NCBI GenBank assembly: GCA_965228585.1
Contig: CBDDHX010000005.1
Location: 334,965 to 398,964, forward strand
From: Caldilineaceae bacterium
GTDB lineage: Bacteria; Chloroflexota; Anaerolineae; Caldilineales; Caldilineaceae
Reading direction: 5' to 3'
Length of the DNA: 64,000 nucleotides
In this document: positions 1 to 8,852 of the stretch, in pieces
Layout: each line of letters opens with the position of its first letter
Numbering within the stretch: the first letter of the stretch is position 1
Notes under the pieces: generated by a model
Databases searched by the model: none
The model's input: the letters and a program-made list of their open reading frames with translations, nothing else
What the model was told of the DNA's origin: nothing
Program-made: the position numbers and the translations under genes

Positions 1-1791
1 TTGCCCTTCCCGGTTCATGCGCATATCCCATTCCCCACTCTGCTCCTGGTCGGTGCGCGCGGCACTGTTAAGCGGACGGGAATTAACTTGGATTCCCACA
101 TCGCGCAGCAGCGTTACGATCGCATCGCCCGCGGCCTGGGTCTCTTGTTGATCTTCACTGGTTGAGAGCGCGAGAACCAGGTTTTCACCACTGGCAAGCC
201 GGTCAGTTGGCCAATTTAGGATTCCATCACCGTCGGTATCTTCAAAATTGAGGTCAGCCAGCAGCGCGGAAGAAGCCGCGGGATCGTTGTTGTAATAGGC
301 AACCGTACTTCGGTCGAAGTAGGAGGAGCCTGGATAAAGACCCCCTGCCCAACCTCGCAAAAACGGTCCACGCATGATCGATTGGGCAATACCGTCGCGG
401 TCAAGTGCAAAACTAACAGCCTTGCGGAATCGCAAATCGCGGAAGAGTTCACGGACAGCCACGTCACGTTCGCCTTCCACACCCAACGATGTAGATAGGT
501 TGAGGTGCAACCCATATCCCAGTGTTTCGGGACCCCATTCCACGTAGAAATGTGCATCCTCTTCCTCTGCCCGTTTCAGCGTCTCAATAAAGGTGGAGGG
601 ATTCTCCAGGTTGGAGTGATCGCCGGAGCCAGCCAATGTGTTCAGCGTGCGACCCACACCGGATGGACCCTTTTCAAAGACCACTTCATCCAGATAGGGC
701 AATTGTTTCCCACTCTCATCGACGCCCCAGTAGTAGGGGTTGCGGCGCAGGATCATCAGCTCATCGGTGATGTATTCCACGGGCACAAATTCACCCAGCA
801 CAACCGGTGCTTGATCGGGTGGCATGGCGGCCTCGAAGTCCACGTAATCATAGTCCGAGTTATACTTCGGGTGGAGTGGCTTCAAAATATGGGCCGGGGA
901 GATGTGGAAGTCGCCTTCATCCATCTGGAAGAGCGATTGCACGAGGAAGGGGATCGGATAGATGAACTTGAAGGTGTAGTCGTCGATCACCTCCAGCTGC
1001 GTCAACTCCCCTTCAAAGGTCCAGGCACTGGCCCCCTTGGGCGAGTTGATGTTTGGATCGATGATCATATCTTCCCAAGAGAAGAGCACATCTGCCGTCG
1101 TAAAGGGATGGCCGTCGGACCACTTGGCGCCCTCGATCAGGTGCATGGTCAGCTCGTAGCCATCCTCGCTCCATTCCCAGCTCTTGGCCAGGTAGGGCAG
1201 CGGCTCCAGCGCGTCGGCGCGGCGATAGATTGGGCCGGATTTCAGCAGCGAAGCAAAGATGGCCGCTTCAATGCCAAACCAGCCGGCACTCTGCCCGGCG
1301 CCACGGTTGTAGCCTTCGGTGGGGCAGGCCGAAAAGTCACGCCAGACGCCACCATATTCACCCAGGCCGGAGGACATGCCCGATGCCAGAATGACGCGCG
1401 GTTCGCTGGGGAGCCGTTCTTCAAGGGGTGGCAATTCACCCGCTTCCACCAGTTCGGTGACCCAATCTGGCTCGCTGTAGGAATCGAGCGCTTTGTACGT
1501 CAGAATCTGATCGAGTGGCAACTTTTCAATTTCACGGGCACCAAAGATCTCTTCACCTTCTGGATATTCGCTGGGGCCCACATCGCCAGCCGCGGTGGCG
1601 TCGCTGCTCTCCGCGGCATCCTCTGCGCTGGCATCATCAGCTGCCGCGTCGGTTGCATCACTCCCTGCCGCTTCTTCCTGTGCCGGTGCGCTCTCTTCTG
1701 CCGGAGCTGCCCCACCTCCACAGGCGCTCAGCAACATCGAAGCGATCACCAATACTGAGGTGAGCAGCGTTAGCAAGTTTTTTCTCTTCAT
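1..1791 (-). CDS. ABC transporter substrate-binding lipoprotein, family 5 (peptide/oligosaccharide type); 3' end lies beyond the window start
   Basis: It is absent from the ORF track because it has no stop in the window. The reverse complement from ATG 1791..1789 reads MKRKNLLTLLTSVLVIASMLLSACGGG (lipobox), then ...YLAKSWEWSEDGYELTMHLIEGAKWSDGHPFTTADVLFSWEDMI... and ...DTDGDGILNWPTD..., typical of SBP family 5. An AGGAGG RBS lies at 1799..1808. The frame stays open to position 1. The + ORF 505..1758 is its antisense shadow. Confidence 0.85.
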   Translation of the reverse strand, partial: MKRKNLLTLLTSVLVIASMLLSACGGGAAPAEESAPAQEEAAGSDATDAAADDASAEDAAESSDATAAGDVGPSEYPEGEEIFGAREIEKLPLDQILTYKALDSYSEPDWVTELVEAGELPPLEERLPSEPRVILASGMSSGLGEYGGVWRDFSACPTEGYNRGAGQSAGWFGIEAAIFASLLKSGPIYRRADALEPLPYLAKSWEWSEDGYELTMHLIEGAKWSDGHPFTTADVLFSWEDMIIDPNINSPKGASAWTFEGELTQLEVIDDYTFKFIYPIPFLVQSLFQMDEGDFHISPAHILKPLHPKYNSDYDYVDFEAAMPPDQAPVVLGEFVPVEYITDELMILRRNPYYWGVDESGKQLPYLDEVVFEKGPSGVGRTLNTLAGSGDHSNLENPSTFIETLKRAEEEDAHFYVEWGPETLGYGLHLNLSTSLGVEGERDVAVRELFRDLRFRKAVSFALDRDGIAQSIMRGPFLRGWAGGLYPGSSYFDRSTVAYYNNDPAASSALLADLNFEDTDGDGILNWPTDRLASGENLVLALSTSEDQQETQAAGDAIVTLLRDVGIQVNSRPLNSAARTDQEQSGEWDMRMNREGQ

Positions 1792-1946
1792 AAAGTTGGT
1801 TCCTCCTGAACTTTGGTTCATCGACTGCTCAATTTGTCGATTACAAAATGGATGACAAACATGCCGGAGCATGTTGTTCACGAAATGGGGAGCTGGGGTC
1901 CATCTACAGTATTCTGCACACTACAGTCTTCTGCGCAATACCCGAA

Positions 1947-3071
1947 CTACTCATGCAGCCAGCAAGCTGCCTGGTGTCCAGGTTGATACTCTTTGAGGGG
2001 AGGTGTCTCTTCGCGGCAAACCTGCATGACATGGGCACAGCGACTGGCAAAAGCACACCCACGAATCTCCTCGGTGGGGCTGGGGACCATGCCCTTGATC
2101 GGCTCCAGATTCCGCTTCTCTTTTTTCCTGCCCAAAACGGGAACCGAGTTCAACAGGCCAATGGTGTAGGGGTGCATCGGATTGTGGAAAAGTTCGCGCA
2201 CGGGCGCATATTCCACAACTTTGCCCAAATACATTACCACCACCTCGTCGGCCATCTGTGAAACCACCCCCAGGTTGTGGGTAATCAACATGATCGACGA
2301 ATGAAAATCTGCCTGCAATTGGCGCATCAGTTCCAGAATTTGTGCCTGTACCGTCACATCGAGCGCGGTCGTGGGTTCATCGGCAATCAGAATCGATGGG
2401 TTGCAGGACATGGCCAGCGCAATCATCACCCGCTGGCGCATCCCACCACTGAGCTGATGTGGATATTGGTGGAGCCGGGTGGCCGCGTCGTTGATCTGCA
2501 CCGCTTCTAACATTTCCAGCGCCCGATCCAACGCCATCTTGCGATTGACCCGTTGGTGGAGCTCGACCGATTCGGCGATCTGGTGGCCAATGGTAAAGAG
2601 TGGGTTGAGCGAGGTCATTGGTTCTTGAAAGATCATGGCAATTTCGCTGCCCCGGATCATCCGCATCTCTGAACCCATGGCACTGAGCTTGACGATGTCG
2701 ACCGTGCTTGGTCTGTTGGTGCGCTGGCGCCCTCGCGTGGGTTCGTGGTTGCCATTGCCGTTGGGGCTCTTTCTGTGCAGCAGAATCTGTCCATCGACAA
2801 TTCTACCCGGGGGCGATTTGATCAATCGCATGACCGAACGGGCCGTGACACTTTTCCCACAGCCGCTTTCGCCGACAACGCCCAGGGTTGCCTGGCGGTT
2901 CAGGGTGAAATCGACACCATTGACCGCTTTGACGATCCCCTTTTCCAAAAAAAACTGGGTATGCAGGTTTTTGACTTCTAAGATGGGATCTTTGCGGAGG
3001 GGGGCTGGCGTTGCCGCGCTGCTGGCGGCCGTTGGGGCGCTTCCATCGGTTGGCTGGCTGGTTACACTCAT
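1947..3071 (-). CDS. ABC transporter ATP-binding protein, OppD/DppD-like
   Basis: Walker [10 protein letters not shown], signature LSGGMRQR, Walker [12 protein letters not shown] and an oligopeptide-type C-terminal tail. I prefer the start at MSVTSQ (ATG 3071) because a GGTGGAG RBS precedes it; the ORF track extends to 3116. A roughly 25 aa basic insertion ([23 protein letters not shown]) precedes the Q-loop. Confidence 0.9.
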   Translation of the reverse strand: MSVTSQPTDGSAPTAASSAATPAPLRKDPILEVKNLHTQFFLEKGIVKAVNGVDFTLNRQATLGVVGESGCGKSVTARSVMRLIKSPPGRIVDGQILLHRKSPNGNGNHEPTRGRQRTNRPSTVDIVKLSAMGSEMRMIRGSEIAMIFQEPMTSLNPLFTIGHQIAESVELHQRVNRKMALDRALEMLEAVQINDAATRLHQYPHQLSGGMRQRVMIALAMSCNPSILIADEPTTALDVTVQAQILELMRQLQADFHSSIMLITHNLGVVSQMADEVVVMYLGKVVEYAPVRELFHNPMHPYTIGLLNSVPVLGRKKEKRNLEPIKGMVPSPTEEIRGCAFASRCAHVMQVCREETPPLKEYQPGHQAACWLHE

Positions 3072-3240
3072 TGCTCCACCCGTGTGGTTGTTCCATAGGT
3101 GCCAGATCCAGGGCAATCTCCAAGCGGACCTCTGCGTCTATAGATACATTGTTATCAATATCAGGACAGCTGTTGCTCAGGCAATTATTTCACACTGGTT
3201 GCTGGCCAACTGGTGTGCGTTGGGGGCGAGCGCCCAGTCG

Positions 3241-3335
3241 ATCCTGGCGTGAATCAGGCCACCCTCGTTTTGCCTTGCACTCAGGTTTTATGGCCTGATT
3301 ACCTGCCGTGGTAGGTACGCCATACTGGACGAGAA
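3241..3335. repeat. Dispersed palindromic element, family C-prime (aatcaggcc...ggcctgatta.ctgccgtggta.gtacgcca.actg.ac)
   Basis: Closely similar to 21888..21988. Its tail motif tacgccacactgtacaag recurs at about 37515..37535. Confidence 0.7.
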
Positions 3336-3860
3336 GTTTGCAAGCCGGAACACGCGAAGGCGCGACAGCTGATGCGGCTGTGACAGCCGACGAGCGTGTT
3401 GATCAGTGAGATATGCTCAAAGCAGCATGGCCCAGATAAGTGGTTGCCAGCGTTGGCAACCGAATGTGCAACAGCGGCTGAGGAAAATTAGCCTAACATG
3501 CACTGGGCCGCGAAAATTTCAGTATGTACGAGTTTGCAGTTAATTTGTCTGGTCAGATTGTACGGGCTGTGAGTAGGTGCCCGCAATCAGGGAGTGATCG
3601 TAGTGTAATGCATTCAATTACACACTGTCAACTTTGGGCAACTTTGGGATGTAATTCTCTTTTGGGGCGAGCGCGAGCGTTCCTGGGATGTGCCACCTCG
3701 TGTCACCAAAGGTCGTTGAAAAACTGATCAAAATCGTCCCGTTCTCTGCAGAGAATGACGACAATGACGACTATGTCACTCTTTTCACCGCCCACGCAAT
3801 TTTTCTGTTACACTCAGGCCAGCAAATGCTGATCTCGGTGCAGAAACGCTGGTAGATCGC

Positions 3861-3911
3861 TCGGCACAACGTTCGGATCGGCACAAAGTTCGGATCGGCA
3901 CAACGTTCGGA
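3861..3911 (+). promoter_or_regulatory. Three perfect-period 17 bp direct repeats (tcggcacaaCgttcgga x3) about 50 nt upstream of the 3965 start codon
   Basis: The units tcggcacaacgttcgga / tcggcacaaagttcgga / tcggcacaacgttcgga were read directly. An AACGTT core lies in each unit. The AAGGAG RBS of the next gene follows. Confidence 0.5.
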
Positions 3912-3964
3912 ACAATCAATGTAAAAGAGCGCGAGCCGCACAGCACGCGTGACAAGGAGATGCC

Positions 3965-5173
3965 ATGCCAATGCTCAGGAATTATCACCACTTTGCCGGT
4001 CGTCATTACGAGACGGGCACGCTTCACAACTACTATGCCTATCGGGGTGTCACGGCCCCACACACCAACCAACCCTACTCCGAAGCGCTCTTCATGGGCG
4101 TGGCCGGTGGCGCGGTGATGGGCTATTTTTCGTTCGCCTACGAAGGGTATGATCCGCACGTGGCGCTGTTGACCCGCAACACCTTCGATCCGTTGAACAC
4201 AATGCTGGCGCGGCTGGGGGTTGTGCAAGAGCTGCGGCAGACGACTTCGGCCGCAAAAGGGCTTGCCAACCTGCTCGATACGCTGGAAGCGGGGTTGCCG
4301 GCGATCGTCTGGGCCGACATGTGGAGTTTGCCCTACAACGCGCTGGCGCACGATGAAGGCATGTGGGGCATGGTGCCGCTGATTGTCTATGGCTATGACG
4401 CGGCCGCCGACACCGTGCACCTGGCCGACCGCGCCAATGTGGGGCTCACCATCACCACGGCGGAGTTGGCCGCGGCGCGGGCGCGGGTGAAGAAGGAGAA
4501 ATTCCGCGTGCTCTCCCTCGATCCGCCCGATGCCGAAAAGCTGACCGCCGCGGTCAGCGCGGGCATCTGGGATTGCATCAACCTCTATACCGAGAAACCG
4601 CCCAAAGGCGCGGCCAATAATTGGGGGTTCAAAGCCTATCAACAGTGGGTGAATCTGCTGACGAAACCCAAACAACGACTGAGCTGGGCCAAGGTCTTCC
4701 CCCCGGGCCGCAAGCTCTATGCCGGGCTCACTTCGACGCTGAGCCATTACGGGGCAACGGGCATCCGGCGTGACGCGGAACGCGCGCTCTATGCTGATTT
4801 TCTGGAAGAGGCCGCGTCACTGCTGGAGAAAGAGCAACTGCGAGCGGTGGGGCAACAGTTCCGGCAGAGCAGCATTGCGTGGCAGCAGTTGACAACCATT
4901 CTGCTGCCCGATTCGGTGCCACGGTTGGGGGAGAGCCGCGCCCTGATCCAACAGAAAGAAGCGCTCTTCACGGAACAAGGCGCGGCGGCATTATCAAAGA
5001 TCCAACAGATCCAGGCACGGCTGGATGAGATCCGCACGAGCATGGAAGATGACTTCCCGCTGACCGCGGATGAGGTAACGGCGTTGCAAAGTGCCATTGC
5101 CGAGCAGCTATTGAACATTCACGATTTGGAAGAGCAGGCAATTCTGGCGCTCCGCGCGGCCATGGCCGATTGA
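3965..5173 (+). CDS. BtrH-N-like / DUF4872-like protein (butirosin BtrH-type papain-fold family), function unknown
   Basis: The N-terminal pattern FAGRHYETGTLHNYYAYRGV...YSEALFMGVAGGAVMGYFSF resembles the BtrH_N motif as I recall it, and a helical C-terminal half follows. AAGGAG lies 5 nt upstream of the ATG. The long - ORF 3785..4747 is a shadow. Confidence 0.6.
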   Translation: MPMLRNYHHFAGRHYETGTLHNYYAYRGVTAPHTNQPYSEALFMGVAGGAVMGYFSFAYEGYDPHVALLTRNTFDPLNTMLARLGVVQELRQTTSAAKGLANLLDTLEAGLPAIVWADMWSLPYNALAHDEGMWGMVPLIVYGYDAAADTVHLADRANVGLTITTAELAAARARVKKEKFRVLSLDPPDAEKLTAAVSAGIWDCINLYTEKPPKGAANNWGFKAYQQWVNLLTKPKQRLSWAKVFPPGRKLYAGLTSTLSHYGATGIRRDAERALYADFLEEAASLLEKEQLRAVGQQFRQSSIAWQQLTTILLPDSVPRLGESRALIQQKEALFTEQGAAALSKIQQIQARLDEIRTSMEDDFPLTADEVTALQSAIAEQLLNIHDLEEQAILALRAAMAD

Positions 5174-5187
5174 GAGGCTAGACACAC

Positions 5188-5285
5188 TAGTAGATCCCGG
5201 CGGAAGTAAGCCCATGGCAACCTGACCCATTTCACGCAAGTAGCTTGGGCTTGTTTACCGCCGTGGTATATACGCTCAACAGGCT
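5188..5285. repeat. Dispersed palindromic element, family C (cccggcgg aagtaagccca ... tgggcttgtttaccgccgtgg)
   Basis: A near-identical copy lies at 60735..60830. It forms a long imperfect hairpin and sits between convergent genes (stops at 5173 and 5324). Confidence 0.75.
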
Positions 5286-5323
5286 GGTGGGTTTCCCACC
5301 AGCACAATCGCGACACTCTGGCC

Positions 5324-8035
5324 TCAACGCACCACCACCGGCAGATAGATGCGTCGATCCACGGGCTCTGGTGCAGCTGCATAGCGCACCTGGTCCGATT
5401 CAGCCAGGACGGTGCCAAGTTCATCCTGCGCAACCACAATGAATTCGTAGATCTCGCCTGGGTCGGGCTTTTGCAACAGATAGGTGGTTTGGGTCAGGGC
5501 TAGGCTGTCGACCAACTGCCAGCGGATCGTGTCGGCGGGACGTGCCAGCAGCCAGTACGTTGTGGCACTGTTGGCCGTTGTGCTCGTCCAGTCGACGCTG
5601 ATGGTGGCACCGTTGCCCGGTTCAACTTGCTCTGTTACCGTGAGCGCGAGCGTTTCGGTTACCACATCGCGCACGAATGCAGGAGGCATGTAGTTGCAGC
5701 GCGTGCCCACCGTGGGCGAGAGCGGGGCCGTGTACCAGCTCTGGATGAACTCATCCCAACGCCCATCGCGCGCAAAGGCAAAACCGGCAGTGACCGTGGC
5801 GGTCTGGTGGGGTGTGTGGGCCAGCGTGGCCGGGAAAGGCGCTGCTTTGTGGTAGAGGCTGGCACGCCAGACATTGGCCTGGAGCATCTGTTGGTGACTC
5901 ATGGCCCGTCGGGCCAGCGGGGCGAGAATCGTCAACGTATCCGCATAGTTCCAGATCTGTTCGGGCGCAATGTAGGGGCGCCCCGTCCGGGCCAGGCTGC
6001 GTACCCGCTCTAATCGCTCCAGCAGCGTGGCGGCCGCGGAACGCACCCCGTGGCGATCACCGTCAAAGCCACGGGCCAGGTTGCGGGCAAAGGAACCGGC
6101 CCCCAACAGTTCATCGGGCTGGCCAAGCTGCAAATTGCCGCGTCCACACTGTGTTGTATCCACATATTGGCTTTGGAGCGCGGCCAAGGTTACCACGGTC
6201 TCCTCGCCCGCTTTGACCGCACTCTGCAACGCATCACCCAACGTGTTGACGGCCTCGGCAATTGGGGGAACATCCTCGCCCCGTACCCAGAAGATTACGT
6301 TGGGGTGCGCATCGCTCAGCGCGGCTTGATAGTGCACGACGATCGCTTCGGCCATGGCTTCGGCACTCGCTGTTGGGGCAAAGTCGACCAGATAGCGATG
6401 GTAGGGAGCTGACAGCCAGGCGTAGTTGGGCGAGGCCACGAAAACTTTCGCGTAGGCATGTAATTCATAGAGCACGTCGAGGTTGCCCTGGAAACATTGG
6501 TCAAAAAAGACGACATCAAAAGGATTGGCACCGTTGTCGGTGGCCGCAGCCAACGCCTGGGCAAAATCTGCCGTGCTGAGATAGCCCCCATTATTTTCAT
6601 AATCACCCGGCGTTGCCGGAATCGTCTTGGGCAGCGCGGGGATCCCCACGGCCGCTTCCGGCTCGGTCTCCGTCATTGCAAAGGTTTCACCCGTCACCTC
6701 GGGCGTCATGCCGCTGCCGTGGCCCATCAACGAAACCACCGTGCGTGCCGTGGGAAAGCGCGCGCGGGCATTCTGCAAAAACCAGGTGAGTACCGCGGGA
6801 TCGGTGCTGTCCAACTCGTCGGTGCCCCATGCTTCTTGCACAGCATTGGTGCGGGTAATCTCGCCCCCGGCAATCGAGAGCACAACCGTGTTGTGGTCCC
6901 CGCGCGCATCGACAAATAGGAGCGCCTGGATGTTGGGGTTGGCGCGGGTGCCCAACTGCACGCGTCGAATGACGCTCGGCACATGGGGCGACAGATCGTT
7001 GTCGGCCGGGAAATAGATGAGCACGAGCAGCGGATCGCCCGCGGCGCGCGTGGTGGCGGCAACATGGGTATAGCTGCTCCACTGCGCTGTTGCCTGATCG
7101 GTGTTGGCGGCTGTGTGGGTGCGCACGCGGAAGCGATAATTCTGCCCGGCGTTCAGGCCATCGACGGTGTAGCGGGTGGCACGTTTGTCCGCGGTGATCC
7201 CGTGGACCGTGTAGCTGCTGACCGCGCCCGCGGTGAGCACGGGTGCATAGCTAATCTCGTAATAGCCCCCATTGGTGACATAGTCGATTGGCTGCCAAGC
7301 GAGTGTGATGGTCGTGGTGGCAATTGCGCTGGGCTGCAAGCCACGGGGTGCGATGGTTTGCGTGGCCTGCCAATTGGGTTGCAGCCGTTGCAGACAGCGG
7401 GCCACCCGATCATTGGCCGCGTAGAGCTGATTGTGATCAACAGTGGCGATCTGCAAGGTGTCGACCAGTTCACAGAGATCGGGGGGAAGGGCACCACGCA
7501 ATCCATTGTTGGCCAGGTGGAGGTGGGTCAGAAACGAAAACTGGCCCAACCCGCGCGGCAACGGGCCCGTCAAATTGTTGCCAGCCAGCAACAGCCGGGT
7601 GACGTGGCCCCCCGCACAGCGTACACCGGCCCAATCGCAGGGCGAGATAGGCGACGTGCGTTGCAGCCAATTGGTCTGTTCCTGCCATTGGGGGCCATTG
7701 GTGCTCTCATAGAGCAGGAGCAGTGCCTGACATTCACGTGCGGGAACGGCATTCAGCGTCTGGCAAAGTTGTGGCTCGCCTGGTTGCACGGCTGTTGCCG
7801 CCGCGTTCAGGTTTGGCGGGGGCGCTGCTGTTGCCTCTGCCACCACCCCCGTGGCCGATTGTTGAATAAAGGCCAACAAGCAAAAGATGCCAAAGAGCGC
7901 GATTAGCCACGATCCCACTGCATAGTCGCGCGCTCTTGTAGGTTGGTTCAAGGCGTGTGCGTACGCGCCGTGTCTTCTTCTCGGATCTCTCATCATTTTC
8001 CCCACTTGATTCTTCCCACCAAGTCCTCCCACCAA
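5324..8035 (-). CDS. Secreted/membrane-anchored multidomain protein: LRR, fibronectin-III-like and clostripain (peptidase C11)-like domains
   Basis: The N-terminus has a TM/signal segment (WLIALFGIFCLLAFI). LRR text reads LLLAGNNLTGPLPRGLGQFSFLTHLHLANNGLRGALP. FN3-like text reads ITLAWQPIDY...YRFRVRT. The C11-like dyad context is VVSLMGHGSGM and VVFFDQCFQGNLDVLYEL. An alternative start lies at 7996 (MMRDP). Confidence 0.7.
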   Translation of the reverse strand: MVGGLGGKNQVGKMMRDPRRRHGAYAHALNQPTRARDYAVGSWLIALFGIFCLLAFIQQSATGVVAEATAAPPPNLNAAATAVQPGEPQLCQTLNAVPARECQALLLLYESTNGPQWQEQTNWLQRTSPISPCDWAGVRCAGGHVTRLLLAGNNLTGPLPRGLGQFSFLTHLHLANNGLRGALPPDLCELVDTLQIATVDHNQLYAANDRVARCLQRLQPNWQATQTIAPRGLQPSAIATTTITLAWQPIDYVTNGGYYEISYAPVLTAGAVSSYTVHGITADKRATRYTVDGLNAGQNYRFRVRTHTAANTDQATAQWSSYTHVAATTRAAGDPLLVLIYFPADNDLSPHVPSVIRRVQLGTRANPNIQALLFVDARGDHNTVVLSIAGGEITRTNAVQEAWGTDELDSTDPAVLTWFLQNARARFPTARTVVSLMGHGSGMTPEVTGETFAMTETEPEAAVGIPALPKTIPATPGDYENNGGYLSTADFAQALAAATDNGANPFDVVFFDQCFQGNLDVLYELHAYAKVFVASPNYAWLSAPYHRYLVDFAPTASAEAMAEAIVVHYQAALSDAHPNVIFWVRGEDVPPIAEAVNTLGDALQSAVKAGEETVVTLAALQSQYVDTTQCGRGNLQLGQPDELLGAGSFARNLARGFDGDRHGVRSAAATLLERLERVRSLARTGRPYIAPEQIWNYADTLTILAPLARRAMSHQQMLQANVWRASLYHKAAPFPATLAHTPHQTATVTAGFAFARDGRWDEFIQSWYTAPLSPTVGTRCNYMPPAFVRDVVTETLALTVTEQVEPGNGATISVDWTSTTANSATTYWLLARPADTIRWQLVDSLALTQTTYLLQKPDPGEIYEFIVVAQDELGTVLAESDQVRYAAAPEPVDRRIYLPVVVR

Positions 8036-8071
8036 GCCCTTTCACCCACGGCTGAACGTACCTTGCACAAT

Positions 8072-8852
8072 GGCACGCAGCCATGAAAATAGAGCAATGG
8101 CACAGTCGATCAGATAAAATAATATGGAAAATAGCGGTCGTCCGTGAGGTCCCCGGCACGGCTCACAACCGGCACGGTTCAGAGATAATTACTGAGCCGT
8201 GCCGGGGACCTTTCACTCCTCGATGCGCACATCTATTTCTAAAAATTTTATCGCGTTCACTGCGCAGCCATGAAAATAGAGCAGTGGCACAGTCGATCAG
8301 ATAAAATAATCTGGAAAATAGCGGTCGTCCGTGAGGTACCCGGCACGGCTCACAACCGGCACGGTTCAGAGATAATTACTGAGCCGTGCCGGGGACCTTT
8401 CACTCCTCGATGAGCGCACATCTATTTCTAAAAATTTTATCGCGTTCACTGCGCAGCCATGAAAATAGAGCAATGGCACAGTCGATCAGATAAAATAATC
8501 TGGAAAATAGCGGTCGTCCGTGAGGTCCCCGGCACGGCTCACAACCGGAACGGTTCAGAGATAATTACTGAGCCGTGCCGGGGACCTTTCACTCCTCGAT
8601 GCGCACATCTATTTCAAAAAATTTTATCGCGTTCACTGCGCAGCCATGAAAATAGAGCAATGGCACAGTCGATCAGATAAAATAATCTGGAAAATAGCGG
8701 TCGTCCGTGAGGTCCCCGGCACGGCTCACAACTGGCACGGTTCAGAGATAATTACTGAGCCGTGCCGGGGACCGTTCACTCCTCGATGAGCGCACATCTA
8801 TTTCTAAAAATTTATCGCGTTCACTGCGCAGCCATGAAAATAGAGCAATGGC
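8072..8852. repeat. Tandem array of 4.15 copies of a 187-189 bp unit that fills the divergent intergenic region
   Basis: Unit landmarks (gccATGaaaatagagc) fall at 8083, 8270, 8459, 8646 and 8834. Copies differ only by a few SNPs and 1-3 nt indels. Each unit holds a perfect 16 bp inverted repeat, for example 8150..8165 tccccggcacggctca and 8193..8208 tgagccgtgccgggga. A third degenerate arm copy (ccggcacggttca) sits inside the 27 nt loop. Confidence 0.95.

Noticed and set aside
505-1758. A 417 aa plus-strand ORF, and similar long ORFs opposite real genes (3785..4747 -, 21884..22882 -, 30295..31527 +, 44130..45557 +, 6983..7906 +, 42723..43607 +).
   Set aside because: Their translations are low-complexity and rich in Arg, Gly, His and Cys with no recognisable motifs. 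The opposite strand encodes proteins with clear family signatures. These are shadow ORFs typical of GC-rich DNA.
3524-3727. A 67 aa ORF in the long divergent intergenic region 3117..3964, and a possible riboswitch there.
   Set aside because: The ORF has no RBS and a Cys-rich composition. I could not recognise any known riboswitch core such as the B12 box, TPP or SAM. I only note local palindromes.
8090-8115. Sigma-54 promoter-like TGGCAC in each array unit (aaTGGCACagtcgATCAg).
   Set aside because: The -12 element TTGC is missing (it reads ATCA), so this matches only half of the consensus.
8083-8680. 73 aa ORFs (MKIEQWHSRSDKIIWK...) inside the 188 bp tandem array.
   Set aside because: The unit length is not a multiple of 3, so each ORF runs into the next unit in a different frame. 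There is no RBS, and indels between units would break the frame. The conservation is at the nucleotide and hairpin level, not the protein level.
8072-8852. CRISPR array interpretation of the 188 bp array, and of the 48 bp x3 array at 12655..12795.
   Set aside because: The entire unit is repeated head to tail with no unique spacers. The unit sizes are wrong for CRISPR, and there are no cas genes in the window.
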